Below are positions 19,733 to 29,368 of a DNA stretch of 64,000 nucleotides, piece after piece. The DNA comes from Alphaproteobacteria bacterium (GTDB lineage Bacteria; Pseudomonadota; Alphaproteobacteria; UBA828). Under the pieces are notes generated by a model, which saw only the letters and a program-made list of their open reading frames with translations, ran no database searches and was not told the origin of the DNA. Where the stretch lies: the NCBI GenBank assembly GCA_965214705.1, contig OZ243972.1, positions 3,648,001-3,712,000 of the forward strand. The letters are read 5' to 3'. The translations under genes were made by a program, and so were the position numbers. Position 1 is the first letter of the stretch. Each line of letters begins with the position of its first letter.

Positions 19733-21163
19733 ATGCGGCAGGAGTGTAGAAGTACACGCGGAATAGTATCGAAGCTTACTTTCGCAGGCCTTTCGCCCTT
19801 CAGATTCACCGGCAGATCCCGCTGGCGGACCGTCGGTCTGGTCCTCGTCTTCACGCTCTCGCTCGTGTTCGTGGTGCCGCAGGCCTACGCCGCGGTCACC
19901 GCCGAGACGCAGTTCATCCTCAACAGCTTCTCGTTCCTCATCTGGGGCGCGCTGGTGATGTGGATGTGCGCCGGCTTCACCATGCTGGAGGCCGGATCGG
20001 TCCGCACCAAGAACGCGTCGGTCATCTGTCTCAAGAATATCGGCCTCTATTCCATCGCCGGCCTCACCTACTACCTGGTCGGCTACAATCTCATGTACGT
20101 CGATGTGGTGAGCTGGGTCGGGTCGTTTGCGCTGCCCTATTCGACGACACCCGAGGAGATCGCTCTGCTCGGCGGCGACGAAGCCGCGGCCGAGGCCGTC
20201 ATAGAGGGCGGCTATTCCACGATGTCCGACTGGTTCTTCCAGATGGTGTTCGTGGCGACCACCGCCTCGATCGTCTCGGGCACCCTGGCCGAACGCGTGA
20301 AGCTCTGGTCGTTCTTCATCTTCATCGCGCTGCTGACCGCCTTCATCTATCCGGTGATCGGCTCCTGGACCTGGGGCGGCGGCTGGCTCTCCCAGATGGG
20401 GTTCCAGGACTTCGCCGGGTCCACGATCGTGCATTCGACCGGCGGCTGGGCGGCTCTCGCCGGCGCCATGATCGTCGGCGCACGAAAGGGCAAGTTCCGC
20501 GCCGATGGCAGCGTCAAGGTGACGTCGCCCTCCAACGTGCCGGCGGTGACGCTCGGGGTCTTCATCCTCTGGTTGGGCTGGTTCGGGTTCAACGGAGGCT
20601 CGCAACTCGCGCTGAGCGGGGCAATCGACGCGGTGGCGTTGAGCAACATCCTGGCAAACACCAATCTCGCGGCGGCGGCCGGTGTGCTCGCGGCGATCAC
20701 ACTCTCGCGGCCGATCATGGGTCGTGTCGACCTGATCACCAGCCTGAACGGCGCCATCGCCGGTCTGGTGGCGATCACCGCCGGACCCGACATCGTCGAT
20801 CACTACTTCGCGGTCATCATCGGTGCGATCGGCGGCGCGATCGTCGTGCTCGGCGTGAAGCTCCTCGAGATCGTCAAGGTGGACGATGTCGTCGGCGCGG
20901 TCCCGGCGCACCTCTTCGCCGGGGTGTGGGGAACACTCGCGGTCTGCATTGCGGCCGGCGGCGACCCCGGCGTGCAGATCATCGGTATCCTCGCGATCGG
21001 CGCCTTCGTCTTCGGCACCTCGTACCTGGCGTGGTTCATCCTCGACAAGTCCCCGCTCCGGGCACGGATCCCAGAGGCGCACGAGGAGCTTGGCCAGGAT
21101 GCGGCGGAGCTCGGCATTGAGTCTTACCCGGAATTCGTGCTAATGCCCGAAACAGACGACTGA
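19733..21163 (+). CDS. amt: Ammonium transporter (Amt family)
   Basis: FFQMVF, DFAGSTIVH and DDVVGAVPAH (twin His), GWFGFNGGS; signal-like N-terminus ending AYA; start uncertain. Confidence 0.93.
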   Translation: MRQECRSTRGIVSKLTFAGLSPFRFTGRSRWRTVGLVLVFTLSLVFVVPQAYAAVTAETQFILNSFSFLIWGALVMWMCAGFTMLEAGSVRTKNASVICLKNIGLYSIAGLTYYLVGYNLMYVDVVSWVGSFALPYSTTPEEIALLGGDEAAAEAVIEGGYSTMSDWFFQMVFVATTASIVSGTLAERVKLWSFFIFIALLTAFIYPVIGSWTWGGGWLSQMGFQDFAGSTIVHSTGGWAALAGAMIVGARKGKFRADGSVKVTSPSNVPAVTLGVFILWLGWFGFNGGSQLALSGAIDAVALSNILANTNLAAAAGVLAAITLSRPIMGRVDLITSLNGAIAGLVAITAGPDIVDHYFAVIIGAIGGAIVVLGVKLLEIVKVDDVVGAVPAHLFAGVWGTLAVCIAAGGDPGVQIIGILAIGAFVFGTSYLAWFILDKSPLRARIPEAHEELGQDAAELGIESYPEFVLMPETDD

Positions 21164-21285
21164 CGCCGTCGCGCCACGGTGTGCGGGGAGGGCCGCGGCG
21201 CTTTGGAATTCACGCGAGTTAGAGTGTGGCGCGCCCCCAAACAAGGTATATGATCGTACCAGCACGGTCTTAGGAGACGACGGCG

Positions 21286-21624
21286 ATGGAGTTGACGATC
21301 GAACGCGGCGATAACGCCCTGACCGCCAGCGTGAATGGGCGCATCGACAGCACCAATGCCCGTGATTTCGAGGAAGCGATCCGAACCAAGATCGAAGACG
21401 GCGACCGCGCCGTGATCATGGACTTCGAGAACCTCTCCTACATCAGCAGTGCGGGGCTCCGGGCCGTGCTGATGACCGCCAAGACCCTGTGGAAGCGGGA
21501 CGCCAAGTTTGCGCTTTGCTCGCTCTCGGGCCCGGTCAAGGAAGTGTTCGAGATCAGCGGCTTCGACAAGATCATCCCGATCCACGATACCCGAGAAGGG
21601 GCGCTGAGCTCACTCGACAATTAG
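21286..21624 (+). CDS. STAS-domain anti-sigma factor antagonist (RsbV/SpoIIAA-like)
   Basis: GRID, YISSAGLR phosphoserine motif, VFEISGF; AGGAG RBS. Confidence 0.9.
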   Translation: MELTIERGDNALTASVNGRIDSTNARDFEEAIRTKIEDGDRAVIMDFENLSYISSAGLRAVLMTAKTLWKRDAKFALCSLSGPVKEVFEISGFDKIIPIHDTREGALSSLDN

Positions 21625-22260
21625 CGCCCTCCGCAGACGGGCCATCAGCCCGTCGGCAGTTACGATACCTGAAGGAGAGATCGCCACGCCTGCGGCGCGC
21701 AGCATGCGCGCCGTCCATGTGTTGCACGTGTTGAACAGGTGGAATTCGCCGCGGGCATTGTAGAAGCGGCTGCCGGGGTAGAGACCGCGAGAGACGGACT
21801 CGGCACGGCCAGCGGCAGGGCGTTCGAACTCCGCCGCAAGCGCCTCGACCAGATTGAGGAATCCCGCCTCGGTTAGCGGCACGGCGACGACCTCGCGGCT
21901 GGTACCGCCGTCTCTCGGTGCGGCCGCGAGCCCAGCCATGTGCATGACCGCGGGCGTGGGCACAAGCGCCGCAGAGAGAGTCATGCCGATCGTCTTCTCC
22001 TTCGCCGGGTAGTAGACACGGTCCCCCCAACCGAACTCGAGGGACGAGGCGTCGGGAAAGTCCGCCACCTCCGGCAGCAGGCCGGTGGCGACGAGGTCGG
22101 GCGCGGGCACCACGATCGCCGTGTGCCAGCCGTTGCTGGCGACCTGGATGAGGCGGGTGTGCGGGGCGTCGTTGTCGGCTGGTGGGGGAGGCGCGGTCTC
22201 ACAGGTGGCAAGCCAGAGCGCGCAGAGCGCGAGCGCCGGCCCGATCAGCCAGCGCCTCAC
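21610..22260 (-). CDS. DUF2459 family protein, possible lipoprotein
   Basis: NGWHTAIVVP, EFGWGD, FNTCNTWTA; LATC lipobox-like. Confidence 0.75.
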   Translation of the reverse strand: MRRWLIGPALALCALWLATCETAPPPPADNDAPHTRLIQVASNGWHTAIVVPAPDLVATGLLPEVADFPDASSLEFGWGDRVYYPAKEKTIGMTLSAALVPTPAVMHMAGLAAAPRDGGTSREVVAVPLTEAGFLNLVEALAAEFERPAAGRAESVSRGLYPGSRFYNARGEFHLFNTCNTWTARMLRAAGVAISPSGIVTADGLMARLRRALIVE

Positions 22261-22286
22261 GGTGCGCCTCCCGCCGGCGATCCCTG

Positions 22287-23330
22287 CTAAAGCAGCTCCT
22301 CGGCAAGGAAGCGGATTTCCTCACGCCCGGCACCGGCGAGCAGAAGTGCCGTCACCGAGCCCTCGGCCTCCGCCTGCTTCCATGCGGCGAGCCGCTCCCG
22401 GATGTGCGCCTTCGGTCCCACCAGGGCGATGCCGTCGGCGAATTCGTCGGGCACGGCCTCCACAGCGCCCTGCTTGTCGCCGGAAAGGAAGCGGTCCTGG
22501 ATTATTTCGGCGGCCTCACCGAAGCCCAGCCGGCGCGCGTAGTCGTTGTAGAAGTTGCGGCCCTTCGCGCCCATGCCGCCGACGTAGAGCGCGAGCGATT
22601 GCTTGACCGAGAGCAGGGCACGGGCGTGGTCCTCGTCGATCTTCACGTCGACGAAGGGGGCGATGGCGAAGCCCTCGCGCCCCTCGCCGTAGCCGCCCCG
22701 GCGGAAGCCCTCGACCAGCGGTACGCGGTAGACGTGGGCGCGCTCCGGCATCATGAAGAGCGGAAACAGGCCGTCGGTGATCTCGCCGGCCAGCCGAAGC
22801 CCCGCAGGCGAGACCGAGCCGGTGTAGATCGGCAGCGGATGGCTGGCGTGGATGATGCTCTTCAGCGGCTTGCCGAGCCCGGTGGAATCCTGGCCGCGAT
22901 AGGGCATGGCGTAATGCATGCCTTCGTGGACGACCGGCTCCTCTCGCGCGACGATGCGGCGCACGATCGAGACGTATTCCCGCAGCCGCTCGTGGGGCTT
23001 GCCGTAGGGGACTCCGTGCCAGCCCTCGATCACCTGCGGCCCCGACGGCCCGACGCCGAGGACGAAGCGGCCACCCGAGAGCGCCTGCAGGGTCATCGCG
23101 GTCATCGCGGCGCAGGCCGGTGTGCGCGCCGGCATCTGCATGAGCGCGGTGCCCACCGTCATTCGCTCGGTCTGGGCCAGAATCCAGGCGGCCGGCGTCA
23201 CCGCGTCCGAGCCGTAGGCCTCGGAGGTCCAGATCGACTGGTAGCCGAGAGTCTCCGCCTCGCGGATCAGGTCGATGTCGATGGCGAAGTCCCGGCCCGA
23301 ATAGCCGAGCACGAGCCCAAGTTGCAGCAC
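22287..23330 (-). CDS. LLM-class oxidoreductase resembling F420-dependent subfamily
   Basis: WTSEAYGSDA, MQMPARTPA, SGGRFVLGVGPSGPQVIEGWHG. Confidence 0.85.
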   Translation of the reverse strand: MLQLGLVLGYSGRDFAIDIDLIREAETLGYQSIWTSEAYGSDAVTPAAWILAQTERMTVGTALMQMPARTPACAAMTAMTLQALSGGRFVLGVGPSGPQVIEGWHGVPYGKPHERLREYVSIVRRIVAREEPVVHEGMHYAMPYRGQDSTGLGKPLKSIIHASHPLPIYTGSVSPAGLRLAGEITDGLFPLFMMPERAHVYRVPLVEGFRRGGYGEGREGFAIAPFVDVKIDEDHARALLSVKQSLALYVGGMGAKGRNFYNDYARRLGFGEAAEIIQDRFLSGDKQGAVEAVPDEFADGIALVGPKAHIRERLAAWKQAEAEGSVTALLLAGAGREEIRFLAEELL

Positions 23331-23431
23331 TTCTCTTCTCCCGTGACGCGCGGTGAGGAAGCCGCGCCGTGACTGTGGGGAGATAGGCCAGTTCTGCTAC
23401 AATGGCCAGTGAACAAAAAGGGGAGGAGACC

Positions 23432-24580
23432 ATGGGCAACATGTGGAACAGCGACCCGCGCGGCTGGCGCCTGTCACGGCGCGGATTCATGAAGGGTGCG
23501 ACCGCGCTCGCCGGCACGGCAGCGCTCTCCAGCACCTTCGCGGGCCGGAATGCCGGAGCGCAGGAAAATACGCTCACTTATCTGAGCTGGCCGGGCCATG
23601 CCGACCCGTTCATCGTCGAGCCCTTCGAGCAGGAGCACGGCGTGAAGATCGTCGGCAAGGAGTATGTCGGCGGCGAGCAGATGCTGGCGCTGGTCAACCA
23701 GTCGCCGCCCGGCACCTACGACGTCATCCTGTCCGACCGGGAGTACATCGTGCAGCTGCGCGATGCCGGCTTTATCGACAAGATGAACCCGGCCGATTAT
23801 CCGTTCGACGACTTCTGGCCCGAGTTCCAGCAGCTCGAAGGCCACTGGCTCGACGGCGACCTCTACTCGGTGATGGTGGACTTCGGCTATCTCGGCCTCG
23901 TCCACAACACCGACCACCTGAGCGAGGCCGACTGCAGCAGCTACGGCGTGATGTGGGAAGACCGGGTGAAGGGCAAGGTCGGCCACTTCGACTGGTACCT
24001 GCCGACCATGGGCTGCCTTAGCCTCTATAACGGCAACAAGGACCCGTTCAACATCGACGATGCGGCGTTCGACAAGCTGCGCGATACCACCTTCTCGCTG
24101 GCGCCGCAGCTCGCCGGCTTCTACGCCATGGCCGACGTGTTCACCTCGATGACCAACCAGGACGCCTGGGTCATGCCCGGTATCGGCGAGTGGATCTCGA
24201 TCATCCTGCATCGGGGCGGTCTGCCGATCACCACCACCATCCCGGACGAGGGCGGCATCCAGTGGACCGAGTCGTGCTCGATCGGCCTGGGGTCGGAGAA
24301 GCAGGACCTGGCTGCGAAGTTCATTCAGTACCTGGCCAGCCCCGAGGGGCAGTGGCGGATCGCCGCCAAGCCGTCCTACAACGCCTCGATCCCGAACAAG
24401 AAGGGCTGGGAGGCGCTCAACGAGAACGATCCCGAGTTGTCCGAGCTGCTGCGGCACCGGTTCGACAAGCGGAACGTCATGGACGAGTACAAGGACGGCA
24501 AGATCCAGCTTCGCAAGACGCCGGTGCAGCAGTCGATCGACGACTGGACCGAGGTCTGGAACGAGTACAAGAACATTTAG
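23432..24580 (+). CDS. PotD/PotF-like ABC substrate-binding protein with Tat signal
   Basis: LSRRGFMKG twin-arginine signal; FEQEHGVKI; IPDEGG; AAKFIQYL; GGAGGAG RBS. Confidence 0.88.
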   Translation: MGNMWNSDPRGWRLSRRGFMKGATALAGTAALSSTFAGRNAGAQENTLTYLSWPGHADPFIVEPFEQEHGVKIVGKEYVGGEQMLALVNQSPPGTYDVILSDREYIVQLRDAGFIDKMNPADYPFDDFWPEFQQLEGHWLDGDLYSVMVDFGYLGLVHNTDHLSEADCSSYGVMWEDRVKGKVGHFDWYLPTMGCLSLYNGNKDPFNIDDAAFDKLRDTTFSLAPQLAGFYAMADVFTSMTNQDAWVMPGIGEWISIILHRGGLPITTTIPDEGGIQWTESCSIGLGSEKQDLAAKFIQYLASPEGQWRIAAKPSYNASIPNKKGWEALNENDPELSELLRHRFDKRNVMDEYKDGKIQLRKTPVQQSIDDWTEVWNEYKNI

Positions 24581-24588
24581 CGTCAAGC

Positions 24589-24612
24589 GGGGGCCGCGGG
24601 TTTGCGGCCCCC
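24589..24612 (+). terminator. GC-rich hairpin after substrate-binding gene (terminator or mRNA stabiliser)
   Basis: GGGGGCCGC-gggttt-GCGGCCCCC followed by TAACTTT. Confidence 0.65.
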
Positions 24613-24644
24613 TAACTTTCGGGTGCCTGTACACGACCTAATTC

Positions 24645-25541
24645 ATGGCTGTCGCCGAGACTGAAGGCGTAACGGCCTCCGCCGGCCGCAACGCCCCTCG
24701 GCCCGACGGTTACGCGCTCTTCTGGGGCCTGCCGCTCGCGCTCTGGCAGGGGATGTTCTTCCTCGCCCCTCTGGCCTTCCTCGTCGTGATGACCTTCTGG
24801 TCGGTGAAGAATTTTCGGCTCGAGCCGGACTTCGACACCGTCAACTGGGTCAAGATGTGGAGCAAGGGCTATGTCGTGGACACCTACCTGCGCACCTTGG
24901 GCTATGCCGTGCTCGCGGCCGTGGTGTGCAGCGTGCTGGCCTTCCCCGCGGCTTACGCGCTTGCCTTCAAGGTCTCGCCCGCGATCCGGCGCCTCGGAGT
25001 GTTCCTGCTCATCACGCCCTTCTTCACGAGCTACGTGGTGCGGGTCTATTCCTGGCAGGCGGTGATCTCCGACAACGGCATCCTGAACACGGTCTTTGCT
25101 TTCCTCGGCTTCGGCCCGGTGGAGATGCTGAACACGCTGTTCGGCACCGTGGTCGGCTACATGACGCTCTGCCTGCCGCTGGTGATCCTGCTCCAGCTCT
25201 TCAGCCTGGCGAACGTCGACCGCAGCCTGATCGAGGCCGCCCACAACCTCGGCTGCGGGCGGATCAGGACCATCTTCCTGGTGATCATCCCGTCCGCCAA
25301 GGTGGGCCTGATCCTGGCCGCGACCTTCACCTTCATCCTCTGCTTCGGCGACTTCGTGAGCCCGGTGAGCCTCGGTGGGAGCAAGCCGCCGACGCTCAGC
25401 ATCCTGATCGTGGACACGGTGAAGCAGGGCAATCACTGGCCGCGCGCGGCGGTGGTGGCGGTGACCATGGTGGCGACGCTCATCGTGGTCGCCTTCACAG
25501 CGCTCTACTTCGCCTACGGCCACGGGCGGGCGCGGCGATGA
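24645..25541 (+). CDS. ABC permease, PotB-like
   Basis: SYVVRVYSW, GILN, IEAAHNLG (EAA loop). Confidence 0.9.
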   Translation: MAVAETEGVTASAGRNAPRPDGYALFWGLPLALWQGMFFLAPLAFLVVMTFWSVKNFRLEPDFDTVNWVKMWSKGYVVDTYLRTLGYAVLAAVVCSVLAFPAAYALAFKVSPAIRRLGVFLLITPFFTSYVVRVYSWQAVISDNGILNTVFAFLGFGPVEMLNTLFGTVVGYMTLCLPLVILLQLFSLANVDRSLIEAAHNLGCGRIRTIFLVIIPSAKVGLILAATFTFILCFGDFVSPVSLGGSKPPTLSILIVDTVKQGNHWPRAAVVAVTMVATLIVVAFTALYFAYGHGRARR

Positions 25542-26347
25542 GGCTCGACCGCATCATCCGCGGCTCCCTGCTCGGCTACGTGTTCGTGGCGCTCGGCTTC
25601 ATCTTCGTGCCGATCGTGATTAGCTTCATCTTCTCCTTCAACGAAGGGCGCTTCCCGGTCCTGCCGATCGAGACCTTCTCCACGGTCTGGTACGAGGCGA
25701 TCTGGAACGAGGCGCCGGTGCCGCGCGCCTTCCGCTTCAGCATCATCGTCGGCCTCTCGGTCGCGGCCATCTCCACCTTCATCGGCTTCGCCACGGCGTA
25801 TACCGACTTCCGCTACCGCTTCTTCGGCAAGAACGTCTACCTCGCGCTCGCCCTGCTGCCGCCGACGATTCCGGTGCTGATCCTGGGGCTTGTCATGCTG
25901 ATGTTCCTGGGACGCGTGAGCCTGGTGGGCGAGCTGCACTCGGTGATCTTCTCCCACGTGGTCTACTGCACGCCCTTCGCCATGGCGCTGATCCGGCTCA
26001 GGCTCTCGCAGATGGACCCGGACCTGGAGCGGGCCGCGTGGAACCTCGGCGCCAACAACTGGCGGGGAATGCTGTTCGTGATCCTGCCCTTCACGATGCC
26101 CTCGATCTTTGCCGCGCTCTTCCTCACGGCAGCGGTCTCGTTCGACGAGTTCATGATCGCGTTCTTCGTGGGCGGCGTAAACGAGACCCTGCCGGTGCGC
26201 GTGCTCAACATGATGCAGGGGCAGGTGAGTCCCCGGATCAACGCGGTTGGCAGCGTCGTCTTCGCGGTATCGATCACGCTCGTTATTCTGGCGCAGGTGT
26301 TCTTGTTGACCCGCCGCGGCACCGGCCGCCTCAAGGCGCCGGTGTGA
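25538..26347 (+). CDS. ABC permease, PotC-like
   Basis: FSFN, LERAAWNLGA, SFDEF, TLPV, PRINA. Confidence 0.9.
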   Translation: MRLDRIIRGSLLGYVFVALGFIFVPIVISFIFSFNEGRFPVLPIETFSTVWYEAIWNEAPVPRAFRFSIIVGLSVAAISTFIGFATAYTDFRYRFFGKNVYLALALLPPTIPVLILGLVMLMFLGRVSLVGELHSVIFSHVVYCTPFAMALIRLRLSQMDPDLERAAWNLGANNWRGMLFVILPFTMPSIFAALFLTAAVSFDEFMIAFFVGGVNETLPVRVLNMMQGQVSPRINAVGSVVFAVSITLVILAQVFLLTRRGTGRLKAPV

Positions 26348-26369
26348 GGGAGCGGTGTGGAGGAAAGTG

Positions 26370-26612
26370 ATGTTTGTGACAATGGCATCGAAATACTTGG
26401 TCGCCTTGGCTGCTCGCGTGCTGAAGGCGTTGAAACTCAAGTCCGGCGAACAGCTCGAACTGCTGGAAGACTCGGACGCCTTTTTGTTGCCGTCTCGGCG
26501 TATCGACCCAACTCGCCTCGCGCCGCTGCGCGATAAGCTTCGGCGTGGACGAGGCACGTTCAACTTAGCGCGCATCCGTGAGCAGGCCCATGAGCCGTCG
26601 CTTCGGGATTGA
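26370..26612 (+). CDS. AbrB/MazE/VapB-like antitoxin, possibly degenerate
   Basis: GGAGGA RBS; 80 aa; pattern SKYLVALAARVLKALKLKSGEQLEL; lower GC than flanks. Confidence 0.55.
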   Translation: MFVTMASKYLVALAARVLKALKLKSGEQLELLEDSDAFLLPSRRIDPTRLAPLRDKLRRGRGTFNLARIREQAHEPSLRD

Positions 26613-26676
26613 TGTTTCGACGGTCGCGCAAGCCGGCGGCGCCCGCTCAATTAGCCACCGCACGGCGTTGGTTTAG
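26590..26676 (+). pseudogene. Truncated PIN/VapC-like toxin remnant
   Basis: ATG inside antitoxin 3' end; MSRRFGIDVS resembles PIN first strand (xxIDTS); stop after 28 codons. Confidence 0.4.
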
Positions 26677-26690
26677 CCGAGGCACGCGCG

Positions 26691-27776
26691 ATGGCTGAAC
26701 CCCTGCTGGAGCTCGATGGCCTGACCAAGCGCTTCGGCGAGCACGAGGCCGTGAGCGGCATCGATCTGGAGATCGCCGAAGGCGAGTTCGTCGCGCTCAT
26801 GGGGCCGTCCGGCTGCGGCAAGACCACGACGCTGCGCATGATCGCGGGTCTTGAAGAACCGACGAGTGGCGAGGTGCGGCTCGACGGGGAGCGGGTCAAC
26901 GAGCGCAAGCCCTGGGAGCGCGACACGCCCATGGTGTGGCAGAGCCTCGCGCTCTTCCCCTATCTCAGCGTGCGTGGGAACGTGGAGTTCGGCCTCAAGA
27001 TGCGCAGCATACCGGCCAGGGAAGGCCGCGCGCGAGCGCTCAAATGGCTGGAGCAGGTGGGCATCGCCGATTACGCGAACCGCAACATCGCGCAGCTCTC
27101 CGGCGGCGAGCGGCAGCGGGTGGCGCTCGCCCGCGCGCTGGTGACCGAGCCGCGCATCCTGCTGCTCGACGAGCCGCTGAGCGCGTTGGACGCCCATCTC
27201 AGGGTGCGCATGCAGGCGGAGATCACCGAGCTTCAGCGCCGGCTCGGCATCACGTTCGTCTACGTGACCCACAACCAGTCCGAAGCCTTCGCCATGGCGA
27301 GCCGCGTCGTCATCATGGACGCGGGCCGCATCCAGCAGATCGGTGCGCCGCGCGAGGTCTACCGCGCTCCAGCCAACCGCTTCGTCGCCGAGTTCGTCGG
27401 CACCAACAACATCATCGAGGGGCGCGTGCGGACGGCCGAGGGCGGGCGCATCGGCGTGGAGTCGGTCCACGGTGACATCCAGGCCGCCGTGCCGTCGGCG
27501 CGTGCGCCGGCGGTGGGCGATTCGGTCAACTTGGTGGTGAGCGGCGACCGGGTCGCGCTAAACGCAGAGGCGGAGGCGCATAACAACGCCGTCACCGGCA
27601 CCGTAATCAGCGAGGAGTTCATCGGCTCGGTGGTGACGCTGCATCTCGATGTCGGCGGCGGCGCGGTGTTCCGCGTCCAGAAGCAGGCGCACGAGCTCGA
27701 CACGGTCGACATCACGCCGGGCCAGACGTTTCGTGCGTCCTGGCGGGCGGAGGACACCTATGTGCTGCCGGCGTGA
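26691..27776 (+). CDS. ABC ATP-binding subunit, PotA-like
   Basis: GPSGCGKT, LSGGERQR, LLLDEP, VTHNQ; C-terminal TOBE-like extension. Confidence 0.93.
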   Translation: MAEPLLELDGLTKRFGEHEAVSGIDLEIAEGEFVALMGPSGCGKTTTLRMIAGLEEPTSGEVRLDGERVNERKPWERDTPMVWQSLALFPYLSVRGNVEFGLKMRSIPAREGRARALKWLEQVGIADYANRNIAQLSGGERQRVALARALVTEPRILLLDEPLSALDAHLRVRMQAEITELQRRLGITFVYVTHNQSEAFAMASRVVIMDAGRIQQIGAPREVYRAPANRFVAEFVGTNNIIEGRVRTAEGGRIGVESVHGDIQAAVPSARAPAVGDSVNLVVSGDRVALNAEAEAHNNAVTGTVISEEFIGSVVTLHLDVGGGAVFRVQKQAHELDTVDITPGQTFRASWRAEDTYVLPA

Positions 27777-27809
27777 CCGGGCGGCGTCCGAAACGGGGGA
27801 GAGGAGTGC

Positions 27810-29336
27810 ATGTCGATACTAATTGAGGGGGCTACCATCGTCTCGATGGACCCGGAGCACGGAAGCGAGCCGTTCCAGGGCAACATTCTGATCGAGGGCG
27901 AGCGCATCGCCGCCATCGGCGAGACCGCGCCCGACGTCGAGGCCGACCGGGTGACTTCCGGCCAGGGCAAGCTGGTAATTCCGGGCCTCATCAACGGCCA
28001 CATCCACACGCCGGAGGCCTTCGCCAAGGGGCGCTACGACAACATGCCGCTGGAGCTCTGGATGACGCTCGCCTACGGCATCCTGGGCGCGGCCGAGCTT
28101 ACGCCGCGCATGATCTACCTGCGCTCCGCGCTCTGCGCCATGGATGCGATCAAGACGGGCGTGACCTTCTTCTCCGACGACATTCTCGAATTCCCGCTGC
28201 AGTCCATGGAGACCATCGGCGCGGTGTTTCAGGCCTACGAGGACGTGGGCTTGCGCGCTTCCATCTCGGGCCACGTGATCAACCGCAAGTTGCCCGACAC
28301 CATCGTCTACCTGAACGACCTTCTGCCGGGCGATCTCAAGGACGAGATCGACGAGATGGTGCCGCCGACGGCGGACGAGTTCACCGCCTTCTGCGAGGAG
28401 GCGCTCGGCCTCTATCACAACCGCGCCGGCAGGCTCCGCTTCATGCCGGCGCCCTCCGGCCCCCAGCGCTGCACCGAGCCCCTGATGCACGCGGCCGACG
28501 AGTTCGCCCGCGCCAATGGGCTGCCCTTTCACACCCACATCCTCGAATCGAAGGTGCAGGCGGTCACCGGCCGCGAGCTCTACGGCAAGACCCTGATCCA
28601 GTACATGCACGACCTCGGCCTGCTCACCCGCAACACGACCATCGCGCACGGCATCTGGCTCACGGACGACGACATCGCGCTGATGGGCGAGGCGCGCTGC
28701 TCAGTGGTCCACAACGCGCTCTCCAACCTCAAGCTCGGCTCGGGCATCTGCGCGGTGCGCCGGCTGCTCGATGCGGGCGTCAATCTCGCGTTGGGCTCCG
28801 ACGGGTTATCCACCAGCGACACGCCGCGCATGTTCAGCGTGATGCAGTGCGCGGGCCTGATGCACAACATCTCCTCGCCCGACAACGCGTACTGGCTCGA
28901 CGCCCACGAGGTGCTGCACGCGGCGACCCTCGGCGGGGCCTACAGCGTGCTCTTGGAGGACGAGATCGGCTCCCTGGAGCCCGGCAAGCGCGCCGACCTG
29001 TCAATCCTCGACATGCGGACGGCCAACTTCACGCCGCTCAACGACGTGCGCAACCATCTGGTCTATTGCGAGAACGGCTCCTCGGTGGAGACGGTGATCG
29101 TCAATGGCGAGATCATGGTGGAAGACGGCGAACTCACGCGGGTCGACGAAGCGGCGCTGATGGACGAGCTGCGCGACATGATGCCGGCCATCCAGGCCGA
29201 CCAGGAGCGGCTGGAGGCCAAGAACAAGGCGTTCATCCCGCCGCTCGCCGAGGTCTGGCGCCGCTGCGCCGAGACCGATATCGGCATCAACCGCTGGGGC
29301 AGCGACAATCAGCCGCGCTGGCCGACCAACCGCTAG
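27810..29336 (+). CDS. Metal-dependent amidohydrolase (AtzA/GuaD/MtaD-like deaminase)
   Basis: PGLINGHIH, HTHILE, AHGIW, SNLKLGSG, LGSDG, GSLEPGKRAD. Confidence 0.88.
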   Translation: MSILIEGATIVSMDPEHGSEPFQGNILIEGERIAAIGETAPDVEADRVTSGQGKLVIPGLINGHIHTPEAFAKGRYDNMPLELWMTLAYGILGAAELTPRMIYLRSALCAMDAIKTGVTFFSDDILEFPLQSMETIGAVFQAYEDVGLRASISGHVINRKLPDTIVYLNDLLPGDLKDEIDEMVPPTADEFTAFCEEALGLYHNRAGRLRFMPAPSGPQRCTEPLMHAADEFARANGLPFHTHILESKVQAVTGRELYGKTLIQYMHDLGLLTRNTTIAHGIWLTDDDIALMGEARCSVVHNALSNLKLGSGICAVRRLLDAGVNLALGSDGLSTSDTPRMFSVMQCAGLMHNISSPDNAYWLDAHEVLHAATLGGAYSVLLEDEIGSLEPGKRADLSILDMRTANFTPLNDVRNHLVYCENGSSVETVIVNGEIMVEDGELTRVDEAALMDELRDMMPAIQADQERLEAKNKAFIPPLAEVWRRCAETDIGINRWGSDNQPRWPTNR

Positions 29337-29368
29337 AGGCACCGGCCGAGCGCGAAGAGGAGGCCGCC

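Noticed and set aside
23331-23431. Guanidine riboswitch upstream of the Pot-like operon
   Set aside because: No ykkC-type core or paired ACGR-loop hairpins visible; an Infernal scan would settle it
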